Of a stretch of DNA of 64,000 nucleotides, positions 40,001 to 52,570 are shown one piece after another. Origin of the DNA: Blasia pusilla (lineage: Eukaryota); assembly GCA_050084515.1 (NCBI GenBank), contig CM114271.1:47864001-47928000 (forward strand). The letters are read 5' to 3'. Below the pieces are notes generated by a model. The model did no database searches, had not been told where the DNA came from, and saw only the letters and a program-made list of their open reading frames with translations. Every line of letters starts with the position of its first letter. The stretch's first letter is position 1. The position numbers and the translations under genes were made by a program.

Positions 40001-40993
40001 ACTCATTAAGTAGTGCATGTCATAGCCTTGCGACCATAGACCCCGCGTTTAGGACCATAGACCCTGATTGGACGGTGCGTGAGATTGGGATGGGTGTAGA
40101 GAGAGGAAGAGGTGAAGAAGGTATCATATGAGAGGAGGGAGACACTCTCATATAGTGTGAGTTCTGACCAAACAACGTGTTCGTGCGGAGCTTCAAAGCG
40201 TCAACCAAGAAACTCTTCACCACACCATCTACTTTATCTGATTGGGATCCCCAACAGACATTATTTACCAGTACAGCAGCTTTGGGCAATGAATCAAGGC
40301 TACTGAATGTGTTGAACAATTCTGGTGTTACCAGCTTAGCAATATCAACATATGCTCTTGCTCTGTGTTTTGTGAATTTTGCAGAGGAGACCAAGTAGTG
40401 ACTAGAGGTTTCATCCCCATCGTCACATAAGGCGCAAGATTTTAGTTGTGTTCCCATCTTGCTTTTCTTATGGCTCAAGGGGATTGCCCTCGTCTTGAAC
40501 TTGAACTTGAGCCAGATTCCCAAGCAAGGAGTTCCCCGCAAATAGTTCTTCAATTCTGCCTTCTCAAGATATACCATCAAGAGAGAGAGGTCAGACATTT
40601 TCATGGCTTCCTCCGTGTTGTTCTGTTGTGAGCGTTTACCTAATGCTTTAGTTATGGTATCCACAAATACTTTTTCATCTTGCTCCCGTAGTTCAGGCCC
40701 TACTGGGAGCTTGGATGCTTGCACAACCTCTTGAACCTTTTTTGTCCAAGATTTGGCCTACTTTACGTGTCTTCTTCGGGTCCAAGTTTTCCCCATCACC
40801 TCTTTTACAATCCAGCCATTTCAATGGGAATCCTCCAGGGTTTCCTAGTTTTGATCTCATACCAACTCAGGCTATTTGTGAGGAAGCTGACATCATACCC
40901 CGGAACACCTTCACCTCCACAGCTTCAAACCTGTCCCTTTGTTTGGTGCTCGCATCCTACAATACTACCCCATATTCCAGTGAGGGAGTGGTA
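40001..40993 (-). mobile_element. LINE copy 2, 3' part (interrupted by Gypsy copy 2)
   Basis: Similar to 38431-39454; encodes KSCALCDDGDETSSHYLV zinc motif; breaks at ...gagtGGTA|TGTTATC and resumes at 58363. Confidence 0.9.
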
Positions 40994-41473
40994 TGTTATC
41001 TCTTTTGGAGATCGGGAGATCTAGACTTAGGAGGTTGAGGTTGATGATGACTTCTTTGAGGCCCCGGGAAACCTGAGAGAGCAAGTTTCCCCTTCATTTC
41101 GGTTCATTTGGAGCCATACTGAAAAACTTACTTTTAGGTAAATATTATTTTGAGTATATGGTCAACTTTCTATTTTTGGTACGTGGCCCTTGACCTCCTA
41201 CATGAGGTCAAGAGCCAAGGAGATGACTTGGGAGCATAGGTTACCATGGAGAGAGTTTGGGAGAGGGGAGGGGTATCAGAGGGATATATCTGAGAGAGCT
41301 TGAGAGCTCATTCTCTCTTTGTTGAACCTCTTGGCATGAGGCGGCGGAGCTATGGTCTTGGTTGCCTTATGTGTATAACTCAAGCCTCTCATTAGGAGAG
41401 AGGGTTTGGTTTGACTTTGAGAGAGATATGTGAGAACTATGGTGTTGTGAGAGAGATTGGATCATATTTTACA
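40994..41473 (+). repeat. 5' terminal repeat B1 of copy 2
   Basis: Direct repeat of 57717-58234; TGTTATCTCTTTT...ATATTTTACA. Confidence 0.9.
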
Positions 41474-41486
41474 AAGAGAGAATGAG
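41471..41486 (+). promoter_or_regulatory. Self-priming-type primer-binding site, copy 2
   Basis: ACAAAGAGAGAATGAG is the perfect reverse complement of CTCATTCTCTCTTTGT at 41307-41322 inside B1; no TGG/tRNA-type PBS present. Confidence 0.72.
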
Positions 41487-42899
41487 TGAGTGAGAAAGCT
41501 TCATGGGGGAGCTCTCTGGTCACTCACTGGTTTTGCAGGTTGCGGATCCGATTCCCCATTCAGCGGTTGATGGGAGAGCTCACTTGTAAGAGCCGCTTAC
41601 TTGTGATGTTTCATTTGCCAATTTTTCGTGTGGAAGAGTGGCACGCGGAAGCGCTGCCCAATTTTTTATAGGGATTGAGTATGGTGGCGGGTTGCCCCAT
41701 GCCGATGCTCTCAAGAGTACCATGTATCTTGCTGATTTGCATTTTTACAATTTTTACATTTTCATTGGGAGAAATTAGCACGGAAGTGCTTCCGAATTTT
41801 GTGTAGGAGAAAGAGACGTTGGGCTTTACAAAAGTCCCCATCAGTTTTTACTGGAATATTCAATTTCAAATATTTTTTAATATTGTTGTACATCTTGAAG
41901 CTATGCATATTGTGCAACAAATGGTGCACAATTTGGAGTTGTGAGCAAAAATTTATGGTCAATCTTGCAAAACTGCCATTGCTAGGCGATTTTTAGGGTT
42001 AAATTGTTCAAACCCTAAACCAGCCGCCATGCCGGCGGCAACCGTCGCCATCATAGTCACCGTCAACGGTCCGCCATCAATGGTAAACTATCACCGTCAC
42101 CATCAATGGTCAACCATCACCGTCCATCGTCATCATAGTTTCATTATCAACCAGTGATGGCGGATGATCTTGGGTTATGGCGTTTGAGTTTTCATTTCAT
42201 GCTGCTATGTTGTGATTGGTAGCGGCTCGACGACGATCGAGTATCGTGGCGTGATGCCTATAGCGACAATGCACCGCCGATTGCCGCCCCGTGCTGCTCA
42301 TGGCCGCACCACATTGTCTCGATCACGGAGCCGCTCCTTCACTAAGGAGCAAAGCGTGTGAATTTCTGATTAAGGAGGGTATGTCGCCAAGTGCCGCACC
42401 CCATTCCCGAGTGTCGTGCCGTTTGTAGCCGTTCCATGCCGCCAGTCCCGCACCGGATTGTTGGACCTGCACCGCACATTGAGGAGGTTTGAGTAGCCTT
42501 AGTATGAGAGGAGTACGACTTGCCGATCGGAGGAGTTGTCTTCACGACAGAGTTGGGGTCAAGATTTGCAGTTGCCGAGCAACGACATCGATATTATTGT
42601 CAGGTTACCGATTCTAGTCTCTCACCTTGCACGAGTGAGGGATTTCTAGGTATTGGGAAGTTATTTGGGATATTGGATTTTTTGCTGATGCTAGGAGCAT
42701 CGATGATGTATGGGTTTAGGGGACATAGACGTGTGTGATATGTCCAAAGTTGAGGATGGTTTGTCGATGAGACGATAGATCAATGATTTGCCGCACCACG
42801 CTGCTTATTGCCACACAACACACGTCTCAATGAGAGAGTGTAGATTGAGTGCCGCATGTTTAGTTTGAGTGATTGAGGGATTATTCGTGAGATTTAGAG

Positions 42900-45030
42900 T
42901 GATCATGTGAGAGGGGCACGAGGGCCATCACGGCATCCTTTCGGGATTTTAAGAGGCGAGGTAGTGGACCTGAGAGTAGCTCCGGAGGGTTTACGCAGAG
43001 TGGTGCGAGGTTTCAAGGGTCTCCACGTGAGAGATCACCTCAATCTCCTTCTGTGTCATCTTCAGACGAGGGAGAGCGTGTAGAGGAGTGTGTTAGTGAT
43101 CCACCGTACACATTGAGTGGTCCTACCAGTTGGGCGTACGAGATGGACGACTGCGGTAGAGGTCTGCGTAGGTTTTCGGGTGTTGTAGGCACTATAGAGC
43201 TACATGACTTCATTGCGGAGTTTAGGAGTTGGTGTGACTCACAGCGGGCTAGGAGCTCTAGAGATTTTAACCCGTTTATAGCATGGAATGGTATGTTCCA
43301 TCATTTAGAGGGAGCGCCCATGGATGATAACCATGAGTTCTCTTATAGATATGCATAGGAGATTCAAGCATGGAAACTCTAGTATGACCCACACAATGTG
43401 TCATGGACGGAGCGGTTCTCAGATGAGGAGGAGGAGTCAGGAGAGGCTACTTCCTCTTCCATTAGTGATGTTTTAGGAGTGGTCACTCACACTGGAGCAG
43501 TTGCACTATCTAGTCGGGTTCGTCCCAGGTTCAACCCTGTGGTTAAGTTCTTCACTCAGTTGAGGGCGAGCTACCAAGGGGTATGGACAGAGAGGTTGCG
43601 GAGCATCCACGACTTTCTGAGGCGCCCGGGTTAGATTTTGCATGAGGCTTACACTCGCTTGCGCCGGTTGATCAACGTCACTCAGGGGATGACAGAGGCT
43701 CAGGCTATCCAATCATGAAACGCGATGCTGGACCGGACCCTGCGGATACAGGTGCAGGAAGGGATGCTTCTTATGAACACCTCCCCTACGATGAGAGATT
43801 TTTTAAGGACGGCCAAGAACATTGAGCGCAACATGGCAGATGAGAGTGTAGCCACTATGGGTTCTGGGTGAGAGCACTCACGATTGTCTGCACCACCAGT
43901 GCAGCAAAGTGGACTCCGAGATAGGTCGACTATGGCACCACGAGCTCACAGAGGATACCAAGAGACCGTGCCACTGAGATCTGTGCCTTCATATGTGGCT
44001 CAGCAGTAGCTGCCTACGATTACTTGTTGGTCATGTGGTGGAGCCCATCATCAGCGTGATTGCACTCGTCAAGGACATGGACGTGTGCCTCAGAATGGCC
44101 GAGGAGATGGTGTTGCACCAAGAGGTTATCAGTATGACTATTGTCAGAGGTATGATCACACACGCTCTAGGTGTTTCAGTTTACATCCGGACCGAGGGCC
44201 AGAGAGGACACCAAAGCGAGTAGCCGGTCTGGGTGGGCTAGAGATCGTGCATCAAGTGGTCCCGTTGGGGGACGAGGAGCTGGAGTTGCCCGACAGGGTG
44301 GTGGAGCTGCTCATGGAGGAGGTAGAGTCCCACCACCTAGATGCATTGAGAAAGGCGCCGGGCGTGAGGTTGGGATGGTTGCTCAGATACAAGTTATGGC
44401 ATTGAGGTTACCCGATGCCCGATCCGTGGCATCGATATCATTGGTTGGATGTGCGGTGTTGCCTAGATGGAGGCCGCCGCAATTATGACGTATGGAGCAA
44501 CCACAGACTTGGATGCACATTGAGGGGAAGCCAGGAAATAGATGAGGCTTCCTCAATCTTTCACGTTTTCCGAGGCGATGAGGACCCCATCGATGGGTCC
44601 TGATCAAAGTTCCTAGAGAGTTGGTGATGTTGTTTGTGTAGGCACGTAGGGCAATGGGAGAAGCAAGTGCGACGACTCCTATTGCTGATGCTAAGGAGGG
44701 GCATATATTGAGCACGTTGTTGGGGGCGGCCATCGTTGTGTACCGCGCTCCTTTATTTTCTGCTTCCGATGTTATGACGTCGGGAGGTACGCCCGCCGAG
44801 GTTTTTCGACTAGCCGCTACGCTATGTGAGCGTGGAGTTGGAGTTTATGCATCATGTTCAGAGGTGATTGCAGAGGAGATGATGGACCTGCCCTTGGAGC
44901 TGATGCTCGGGCCGTCCCTTTCAGATTCAAGGCAGACTGCAGCTGCTAGGATGGCCGAGATGCCCGCTAGATCCGCGATAGAGCCTTCCATGGCTTCTCC
45001 TGGTGTTGTTTTGTTGGATAACCAGGGAGA
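42900..45030 (+). pseudogene. Gag, copy 2
   Basis: RRFSGVVGTIELHDFIAEFRSWCD; knuckles TCWSCGGAHHQRDC and YDYCQRYDHTRSRC; many stops and frameshifts. Confidence 0.78.
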
Positions 45031-45039
45031 GATCTTCTA

Positions 45040-45470
45040 GTTGGTGAGTCTAGGAGGTAGATCTTTTAGTCCGTAGCGCGTCTTGTTGGATTCATGAAGG
45101 CAATCTCTAATGTTGGGGAAAGCGTCATTTAGAGGATTGGGCTTGACGAGAGCGGATATGGAGCATTGCCCATTCTGGATACAGACATCCTTGGGTGGAG
45201 TGAGTACCACACAGTATATCACCCGACAAGAGGTCGTGGTGGGGATTCACCCGGGACATCCTACAGATGAGTCCCTGGTGCGAGCCAAGGCGATAGTGAT
45301 TGATGCAAAGTCCTACGACGTCTTGGTTGGTGGAGCAGTGTTATACCCGATGGAATTTTCCCTGGATTACTGGGAGGAGGCAGTGTCCTATACACCAAGA
45401 TGGCAGTCAGGTGATGGGCGCCTCAGCTCATTACCCGTTCGATTCACAAGTGCACTAATCGAGCCAAAAG
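45040..45470 (+). pseudogene. Aspartic protease, copy 2
   Basis: VLLDS*RQSLMLGK...SYDVLVGGAVL. Confidence 0.8.
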
Positions 45471-45789
45471 AGATGGCGACCTTAGCACCATTTAGCAGTG
45501 CCATCACTTGGCCTAGTGATTTGATTGAGGGACATGTCCATACAGAGGATACTCTTGTTCTTGACATGTCTAGGGATAGGAGTGTTATGGTAACCGCATC
45601 ATTCCGTGGAGGAGAGGTGCCGTTGTGGGGCTTGAGTGAGGAGCTTCGACGTTTATCTGATGAACATGTGCAAACCGCGTGGAATAAGGCGTTTGCACCA
45701 GAGCATGACGGGTCAGAGGAACCAGAGGTAGCCAAGAGTGCTGCTATGACCCCTTTGTACACCACCTCGATTGTATGGTGCATCCCAAC

Positions 45790-46720
45790 AGAAGGGTATT
45801 CGTGTGCTGGATCTCTTTGGAGGGATCAATACTCGTTTAGCTGATGTTTTGCAGGCAGGAGTACCTATATGTTGAGATTGATAATGTTTTGAGGCGCGCT
45901 TCACTTCACCATGTGGCGTAGTGACTAGTTGTCTACGTTTGCCATTCAGGGTTACCAGAGTTCCCTATCAAAATACATTTCATTATTGGGGGCGCAGGAC
46001 TTGGAGCAGGTGGGATCCCATAGACGTGGTCATTGCTGGTTGGCCAGGTCAGGGCCAGTCAAGTGTTGGATGAGGTAGCGGGTTTTCTGACACTCATTCC
46101 AGGTTGTTTTGGGAGATGATGCGGATCTTATGACATTTTAAGGAGCATTAGCCCCTATCTCCAGCATATATTTTGGAGAATGTGCCAATTTTGGGTGATT
46201 CGAGGCCCGTGTGGTGACGAGTGCACATCAGGTACTCGCATGGATTGGCCCGGAAGTGTTGTCAGATGCGGCGAGTGTAAGTTCTAGAGCACCATGCCCG
46301 CGTCTTTGGTGGACCAACTTGGTACCACATGAGGTATTGTGGAGGGCATATGCGAGAGTGGGGTGCCCCTCTGATTTGTTGGTGGATTCTATATTGGATC
46401 TGGGCCGTCGATCACAGGCAATGAGACACAATGATCAAACGCCGTTGACTGTTGTCAACGGGATTGGCATGCCACGAGCAGCCTTTCCCACATTAGTGAG
46501 TTTTCCCGCTTCCTATGCATTCAAGGAGGCTAGACCTGGCTTGGTTTGGGATGACCAGGTACAGAGGTTGGTGGAGCCCAACGCCGATGAGCAAGAGCGA
46601 GTGATGGGACTCCCCATAGGAGTGACGGCAGTATCGTCACTATCGGAGGCATTACAAGGTCATGTCTTGGGTCAGGCGATAGACTTGAACTACTTGACAT
46701 GGATTTTTAGCTTAGGAGTA
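45790..46720 (+). pseudogene. DNMT3-type cytosine-5 methyltransferase domain, copy 2
   Basis: EGIRVLDLFGGINT; IDVVIAGWPGQGQS (Cys to Gly); AYILENVP; SSRAPCPRLWWTNL; EPNADEQERVMGLPIGVT; HVLGQAIDLNYLTWIF. Confidence 0.88.
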
Positions 46721-47265
46721 GCTAAGCAACATCATTTGAGGATGCAACAGAGCACAAAAGTTGCGTTGATGAGCCCCATGCCTACCGAGACGGTTGAGGC
46801 ACTGACTGGGGGCGAGACCCTAGGAGATTGACACACGAGGGGTGATCGATAGAGACACCCTTGGACTTCTAGGGATATTTTGCAGGTACGCCAAGAGATG
46901 ATAGCCACAGCATCGAGCATGGTTCCGGGTACTGCAGGTGAAGATGAGAGTTCTAATTTCCGAGACGGGGTTGCACCATAGCAACCACTGACATCCGCGC
47001 CAGAGAGTCCTACCGTAGTCACGATGGAGACTTGGGAGCCAGATATGGGCCCTAAGTTGACAGGAGGAGAGCGGCGTCGCAAACACCAGTTCCTTAGGAG
47101 TTATAGGAGTTGTTTTGCATTTAGTATGCATGATTTGGGTACGCTGAAGGGTTGAGGGATCCGCATTGAGTTTTCAAGTGACACGCCGATCTTTCGACGA
47201 TCCTATAGGTACAGTGACATGGAGAGGGCTTTGATTCAGAGTTGGAGCTAGGACTTGGTTGGAGT

Positions 47266-47393
47266 TGTTGTGCGCATACACATCACTACACAACATACAT
47301 CGCTGTCACCGAACACACACACAAACACGCACGATCCCATGCTAACTCATGGCATCCGAACAATGAGACAAGAAGTACTAAAATATCTCCAAT
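47266..47393 (-). repeat. Terminal repeat segment A of copy 3
   Basis: Similar to 3503-3630 and 4152-4278. Confidence 0.9.
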
Positions 47394-47687
47394 TTACTAA
47401 TATGAAGGTACTCCAAGACTACTCCATCATCATAAATATCTCGGCCACTTTTCATCTCCTCATTGGCATCGGGATCCAAGGACTCTCCACTAGACTTCGC
47501 CATCAAAGTCTCCACTCTGGCTCTCCATAGCCAACATGCCTAAATAGGCTGATGCGTGCCATCCTGGCACTGACTCCTCATCACTCTCTCCATGCCATCG
47601 AGCTCCCGTCGCATCTCGCTGACTTAGGCATGGGTTACGACTCAACCCATCTGCATCTTGGTTGAGCGTCCCAGGTCTATGTACCAT

Positions 47688-48958
47688 CTAAAAATCATAC
47701 TCCTGCAACAATAGAGCCCATCTTGCAAGCTTCCTTGTAAGCTTGTCGGACTCCATCAACCACTGAAGTGGTTGATGCTTAGTGATGATGGTAAAGGGGT
47801 TTCCGAATAAGTAACAATTGAAATGCGCGATAGCCCATACGACAGCCAAGCACTCACACTCATACGAGCTGTACTTCGCCTCTGCAGTGTTGTTTGAGCG
47901 GCTAGTGTAAGCCACCACAAACTCTCTACCCTCATCATCATGTTGGGTGAGCACCGCTCCAAACCCCAACATGCTCCAATCTGTGTGCAACTGGAAAGGA
48001 CACCCCCTAATCGATCTCCTCAAGATGGGCGCAGACGTCAACATGTCCTTGAGCAATTGAAATGCTCGCTCCTGCTCATCCCCCAACGCCACTCATGATC
48101 CACCTTGGTCAGCAAGGTCAGCGGCTTCACAATCGAACTGAATCCCTTGACGTACCACCGATAGAAGTTCGCCAATCCCATGAATGCGCAAACATGGCTC
48201 ACGTCTGTAGGGCATGGAATGCGTGAGATAGCCTCTACCTTCGTCTGATGAACACCAAGGCCCCTTGGGTATATCGTATGACCCAAGTACTCAATCTGGT
48301 CATAAAAGAACTTGCACTTTCCTGGATGTAGCTTCAGCCCATGTAATTGCAATCGTCAAAACACCTCCTCTAGATGTCGCTCATGCTCCTCAACCGTGGC
48401 GCTAAAGACTACAATGTCATCAATACAATACCTAGCAAAATCCACACCAGCCAAGATCCTATCCATGATCCTCTGGAACTCAGTCGGGGCGTTCTTTAAC
48501 CCAAATGGTAAGAACCGCCACTGATACAAACAATCCTTCCCGTGAGGGTCGATGCCCCAAAATTCCGTCTTCTGCTTGTCCTCCAATCTGATAGGCAGCT
48601 GATGGTATCCGGCTCGTAAATCCAATGAATTGAAGACCTTTGTGTGACCAATCGCATCAAAGATCTCCTCAAGGGTGGGCATGGCATACCTAACGGACTT
48701 CATCTGCCGATTGATAGGTCGGTAATCCCCACACATCCGCCTATCCATCCAGTTTCCATGCACATCCTTCTTGGCAGGCATGATAGTGGCAAATGCATAC
48801 TCCCCATGCGACATCTCTACTAGTCTTGCTCCAACCAAGTCTTGGCTCCTACTCTGAATCAGAAGCCTCTCCATATCACTATACCTGTAGGATCGTTGGA
48901 AGATCGGCGTATCACTTGAAAACTCAATGCGGATCCCCGGTCCCTTCAGCGTACCCAA
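47688..48958 (-). pseudogene. Reverse transcriptase plus RNase H, copy 3
   Basis: RRMCGDYRPIN...SLDLRAGYHQL...LPFGLKNAPTEFQR...YCIDDIVVFS...KCKF...YLGH...FMGLANFY; RNase H FQLHTDWS...ECECLAVVWAI. Confidence 0.93.
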
Positions 48959-49224
48959 TCCTCCATGCTAAATGCAAAGCAGCTCCTATAACTCCTGAGG
49001 AACTGCATGTGGAGAAGATCAGAGTTTGCACTTGGCTGCAGGAGAGTGGTCGAGTGTCGTTGTTCGAGATGGGGTTGCACCATAGCAACCACCAATATGT
49101 GCGTCGGAGAGTCCTACCATAGTCACGATGGAGACTTGGGAGCCAAATATGGGCCCTAAGTTGATAGGAGGAGAGCGGGGCCGAATACATCACTTCCTTA
49201 GGAGTTATAGGAGCTGCGTCCTCC

Positions 49225-49800
49225 GTAACACCGCATGAGGCACTAAGTTGGTCCACCATAGACGCGGGCGATGGGCTCTAGAACCTACACTCACCGCATC
49301 CAAGAATAATGCTCGGCCAATCCAGGCACGCACTTGATGAGCACTCGTCACCACCCGTGACCTAGAGTCTCCTAAGATCGGCACATTCTCTAGAATGTAG
49401 GCTGGAGAACGAGACTGGTGCTCCTGCAAGTGCCGTAAGACCCTCAACATCTCCCAAAACAACCTGGAATGAGTGTCATCCAACCCGTTGCCTCGTCCAG
49501 CGCTCGATTGGCCTTGACATGGCCAATCGGAAATGACCAAATCAATGGTCCCTACCCGCTCTAAATCATGCGCCCCCAGCAACGAAATATCCCTTGGTAG
49601 GGAACTTTGGTACCCTGTATCGCGGACGCAAACAATAAGTCGGGAAAACGTAGGCGTAATAGCGCCACATAGCGTAGTGAGACGCGCCTCGCAATATCAT
49701 CACTCTCCACATACAGTTACTATTGCACTTGCACTCCTACCTACAAAACAGCAGCTAACCCGGTGCTAATCCCTCCAAAAAGATCAAACACTCAAATACC
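49225..49800 (-). pseudogene. DNMT3-type cytosine-5 methyltransferase, motifs I-VIII, copy 3 (C-terminal part deleted)
   Basis: EGI*VFDLFGGISTG...LYVESD; ORF 49205-49582: IDLVISDWPCQGQSSAG..GLDDTHSRLFWEMLRVL...YILENVP...DAVSVGSRAHRPRLWWTNL. Confidence 0.9.
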
Positions 49801-50139
49801 CTCCTCCGGGATACACCACACAATGGGTGTGGTATCCAAGGGTGTCATCCTAGCACTCCCAGCTACCTTGAGTTCCTTAGACCCGTCACGCTCCGATGCA
49901 AACGCCTCGCTCCACGCGGTTTGCACGTGCTCATCTGCCAATCATCGAAGCTCCTCACTTGAGCCCCACATCGGCACCTCTCCTCCATGGAATGATGCGG
50001 CTACCATAACACTCCTCTCCATAGAAATGTCAAGAATGGGAGTATCCTCTATATGGATATGTCCCTCAATCAAATCACTAGGCCAAGTGATGGCACTTCT
50101 AAATGCTGCTAAGGTTGCCACCTCTCCTGGCCGTCGCTC

Positions 50140-52570
50140 AATCACTGCACATGTGAATCCAACGGGTAATGAGCTAAAGCACCCATCACCTTACTGCCAT
50201 CCCAGTAATCCAGGGAAAACCCCATTGGTTATAACACTGCTCCACCAACCAAAATGTTGTAGGACTCTGCATCAGTCACTATCGCCTTGGCTCGCACCAC
50301 GGACTCATCTGTAGGATGTCTTGGGCGAATCCTCACCATGACCTCCTGTCGGGTGATATACTGTGTGGTACTTGCTCCACCCAAGGATGGCTGAATCCGA
50401 AATGGACAACGCTCCACATCGGCTCTTGTCAATCCCAATCCTCTGAATGACGCTTTCCCCAACATCAAGGGTTGTGCTCCTGAATCCAACAAGACGCGTT
50501 ACAGACTAAAAGCTCTACCTCCGAGACTCACCAACTGGAAGACCGCTTCTTGGTTATCCAGCAACATAACACCAGGAGAAGCCATGGCACGCTCTATCGC
50601 GGGTCTAGCGGGCATCTCCGCCATCCTAGAAGCCGGAGCCTGCCATGAATCTGACGTGGACGGCCCGAGCATCCACTCCAAGGGCAAGTCCATCACCTCC
50701 TCTGCAATCACCTCTGAACGTGATGCAGGAACTCCAACTCCGCGCTCACATAGTGAAGCGGCCAGCCAAAAAGCCTCGGTGGGCGTACGCCCCAACGTCA
50801 TAACATCGGTAGTAAAAATTAAAGGAGTGCGGTACACAACGGTGGCCGCCCCCAACAACGTGCTCGACACATATCCCTCTTGAGCATTAACAATAGGAGT
50901 TGTCATACTCGCTTCTCCCATCGCCCTCCATGCTTGCACACCAACAACATCACCAACTCTCCAAGAACTCTCATCAGGACCCATCGATGGGGTCCTCATC
51001 GCCTCGGACAACTTGAAAGACTGAGGAAGCCTTCCCCTCGCTGTGGATCCAACTCTGCGGCTGCTCCATGCATCACAAATGCGGCTTCCTCCATTGGGGC
51101 AACCCCGCACATCCAACCAGGATCCTCCAGATCTGTGGCTGCTCCATATGATGTCGATGCCACCGATCCGGCATCAGGTAACCTCAATGCCATAATGGCA
51201 ATCTGCTCTTGTAGCTGTTGTATCTGAGCAGCCATCCCAGCCTCTTGTCTGGTGTCTCCCTCGGCGCGTCTAGGTGGTGGTACTCTACCTCCTCCATGGA
51301 CAACTCCACCACCGTGTCGGGCAACTCGAGCTCCTCATCCTCCTTTGACCACCAAGTGCACAATCTCTAGGCCCACCCGGACCGGCTACTCGCTCTGGTG
51401 CCCTCTCTGGCCCTGGTCCGGACATAACTCAAGATGTAAACTAAAACACCTGGCACGTGTATGACCATACCTCTGAAAATAGTCACACTGATAACCTCCT
51501 TGTGTAGCACCATCTCCGACTTCCTGTATCCTCCTTGAGCTCGTGGTGCCACAGTCGACCTATCTCGGAGTCCACGTTGCTGCACATGTAGTGCAGGCGA
51601 TCGTGACTGCTCTCGCCCACAACCCATGGTGGCTACGCTCTCCTCCACCATGTTGCGCTTAGTGTTCTCGGCGGTCCTTAAAACATCTCTCAACGTAGGG
51701 GAGTTGTTCATAAGAAGCATCCCCTCCCGCACCCGTGTCCGCAGGGTCTGGTCCAACATCGCGTGCCATGACTGGATAGCCCGAGCCTCTGTCATCCCTT
51801 GGGTGACGTTGATCAACTAGCGCAAGCAAGTGTAAGCCTTATGCAAACTCTCACCCGGGCGCCTCTAGAAGTCGTGGATGCTCTGCAACTTCTCCGTCCG
51901 TACCCCTTGGTAGCTCGCCCTTAACTCAGCAAAGAACTCAACCACGGGGTTGAATCTGGGACAAACCCGACTAAACGGTGCACTTGCTCCAATGCGAGTG
52001 ACCCCTCCTAAAACATCACTTGTGGAAGAGGAAGTAGCCTCTCTTGACTCCTCCTCCTCATCTGGGAACGGCTCCGTCCATGACACATCGTGTGGATCAT
52101 AGTAGAGCCTCCACGTCTCGATCTCACGTGCATATCTCTGAGAGAACTCATGGTAATTGTCCATTGGCGCCCCCTCTAAATGCTGGAACATAACCCGTTC
52201 CATGTTGTAAACGGATTGAACTCTCTAGAGTTCCTAGCCCGTTGGGAGTCGCACCAACTCCTAAACTCTGCTATGAAATCGTGCAACTCAATCATGCCTA
52301 CTGCACCTAAAAACCTACGCGGTCCTCTACCCCAATCGTCCATCTCGTATGCCCAACTGGTAGGACCACTCACAATGTGTGGCGATGTGCTCACAAACTC
52401 CTCTACACGCTCCCCCTCGTTTGAAGAGAACACAGAAGGGGGTCGAGATGGTCCCTCACGTGGAGACCCTCGAAACCTTGCGCCACTCTGCATAAAACCT
52501 CTAGAGCTACTCTTTGGTTCACCACCTTGCCTCTCAAAGTCCCGAACCGACGTCGTGATGACCCTTGTGC
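50140..52570 (-). pseudogene. Gag and protease, copy 3
   Basis: PRRFLGAVGMIELHDFIAEFRSWCD...; LLDSGAQPLMLGK...YNILVGG. Confidence 0.82.
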
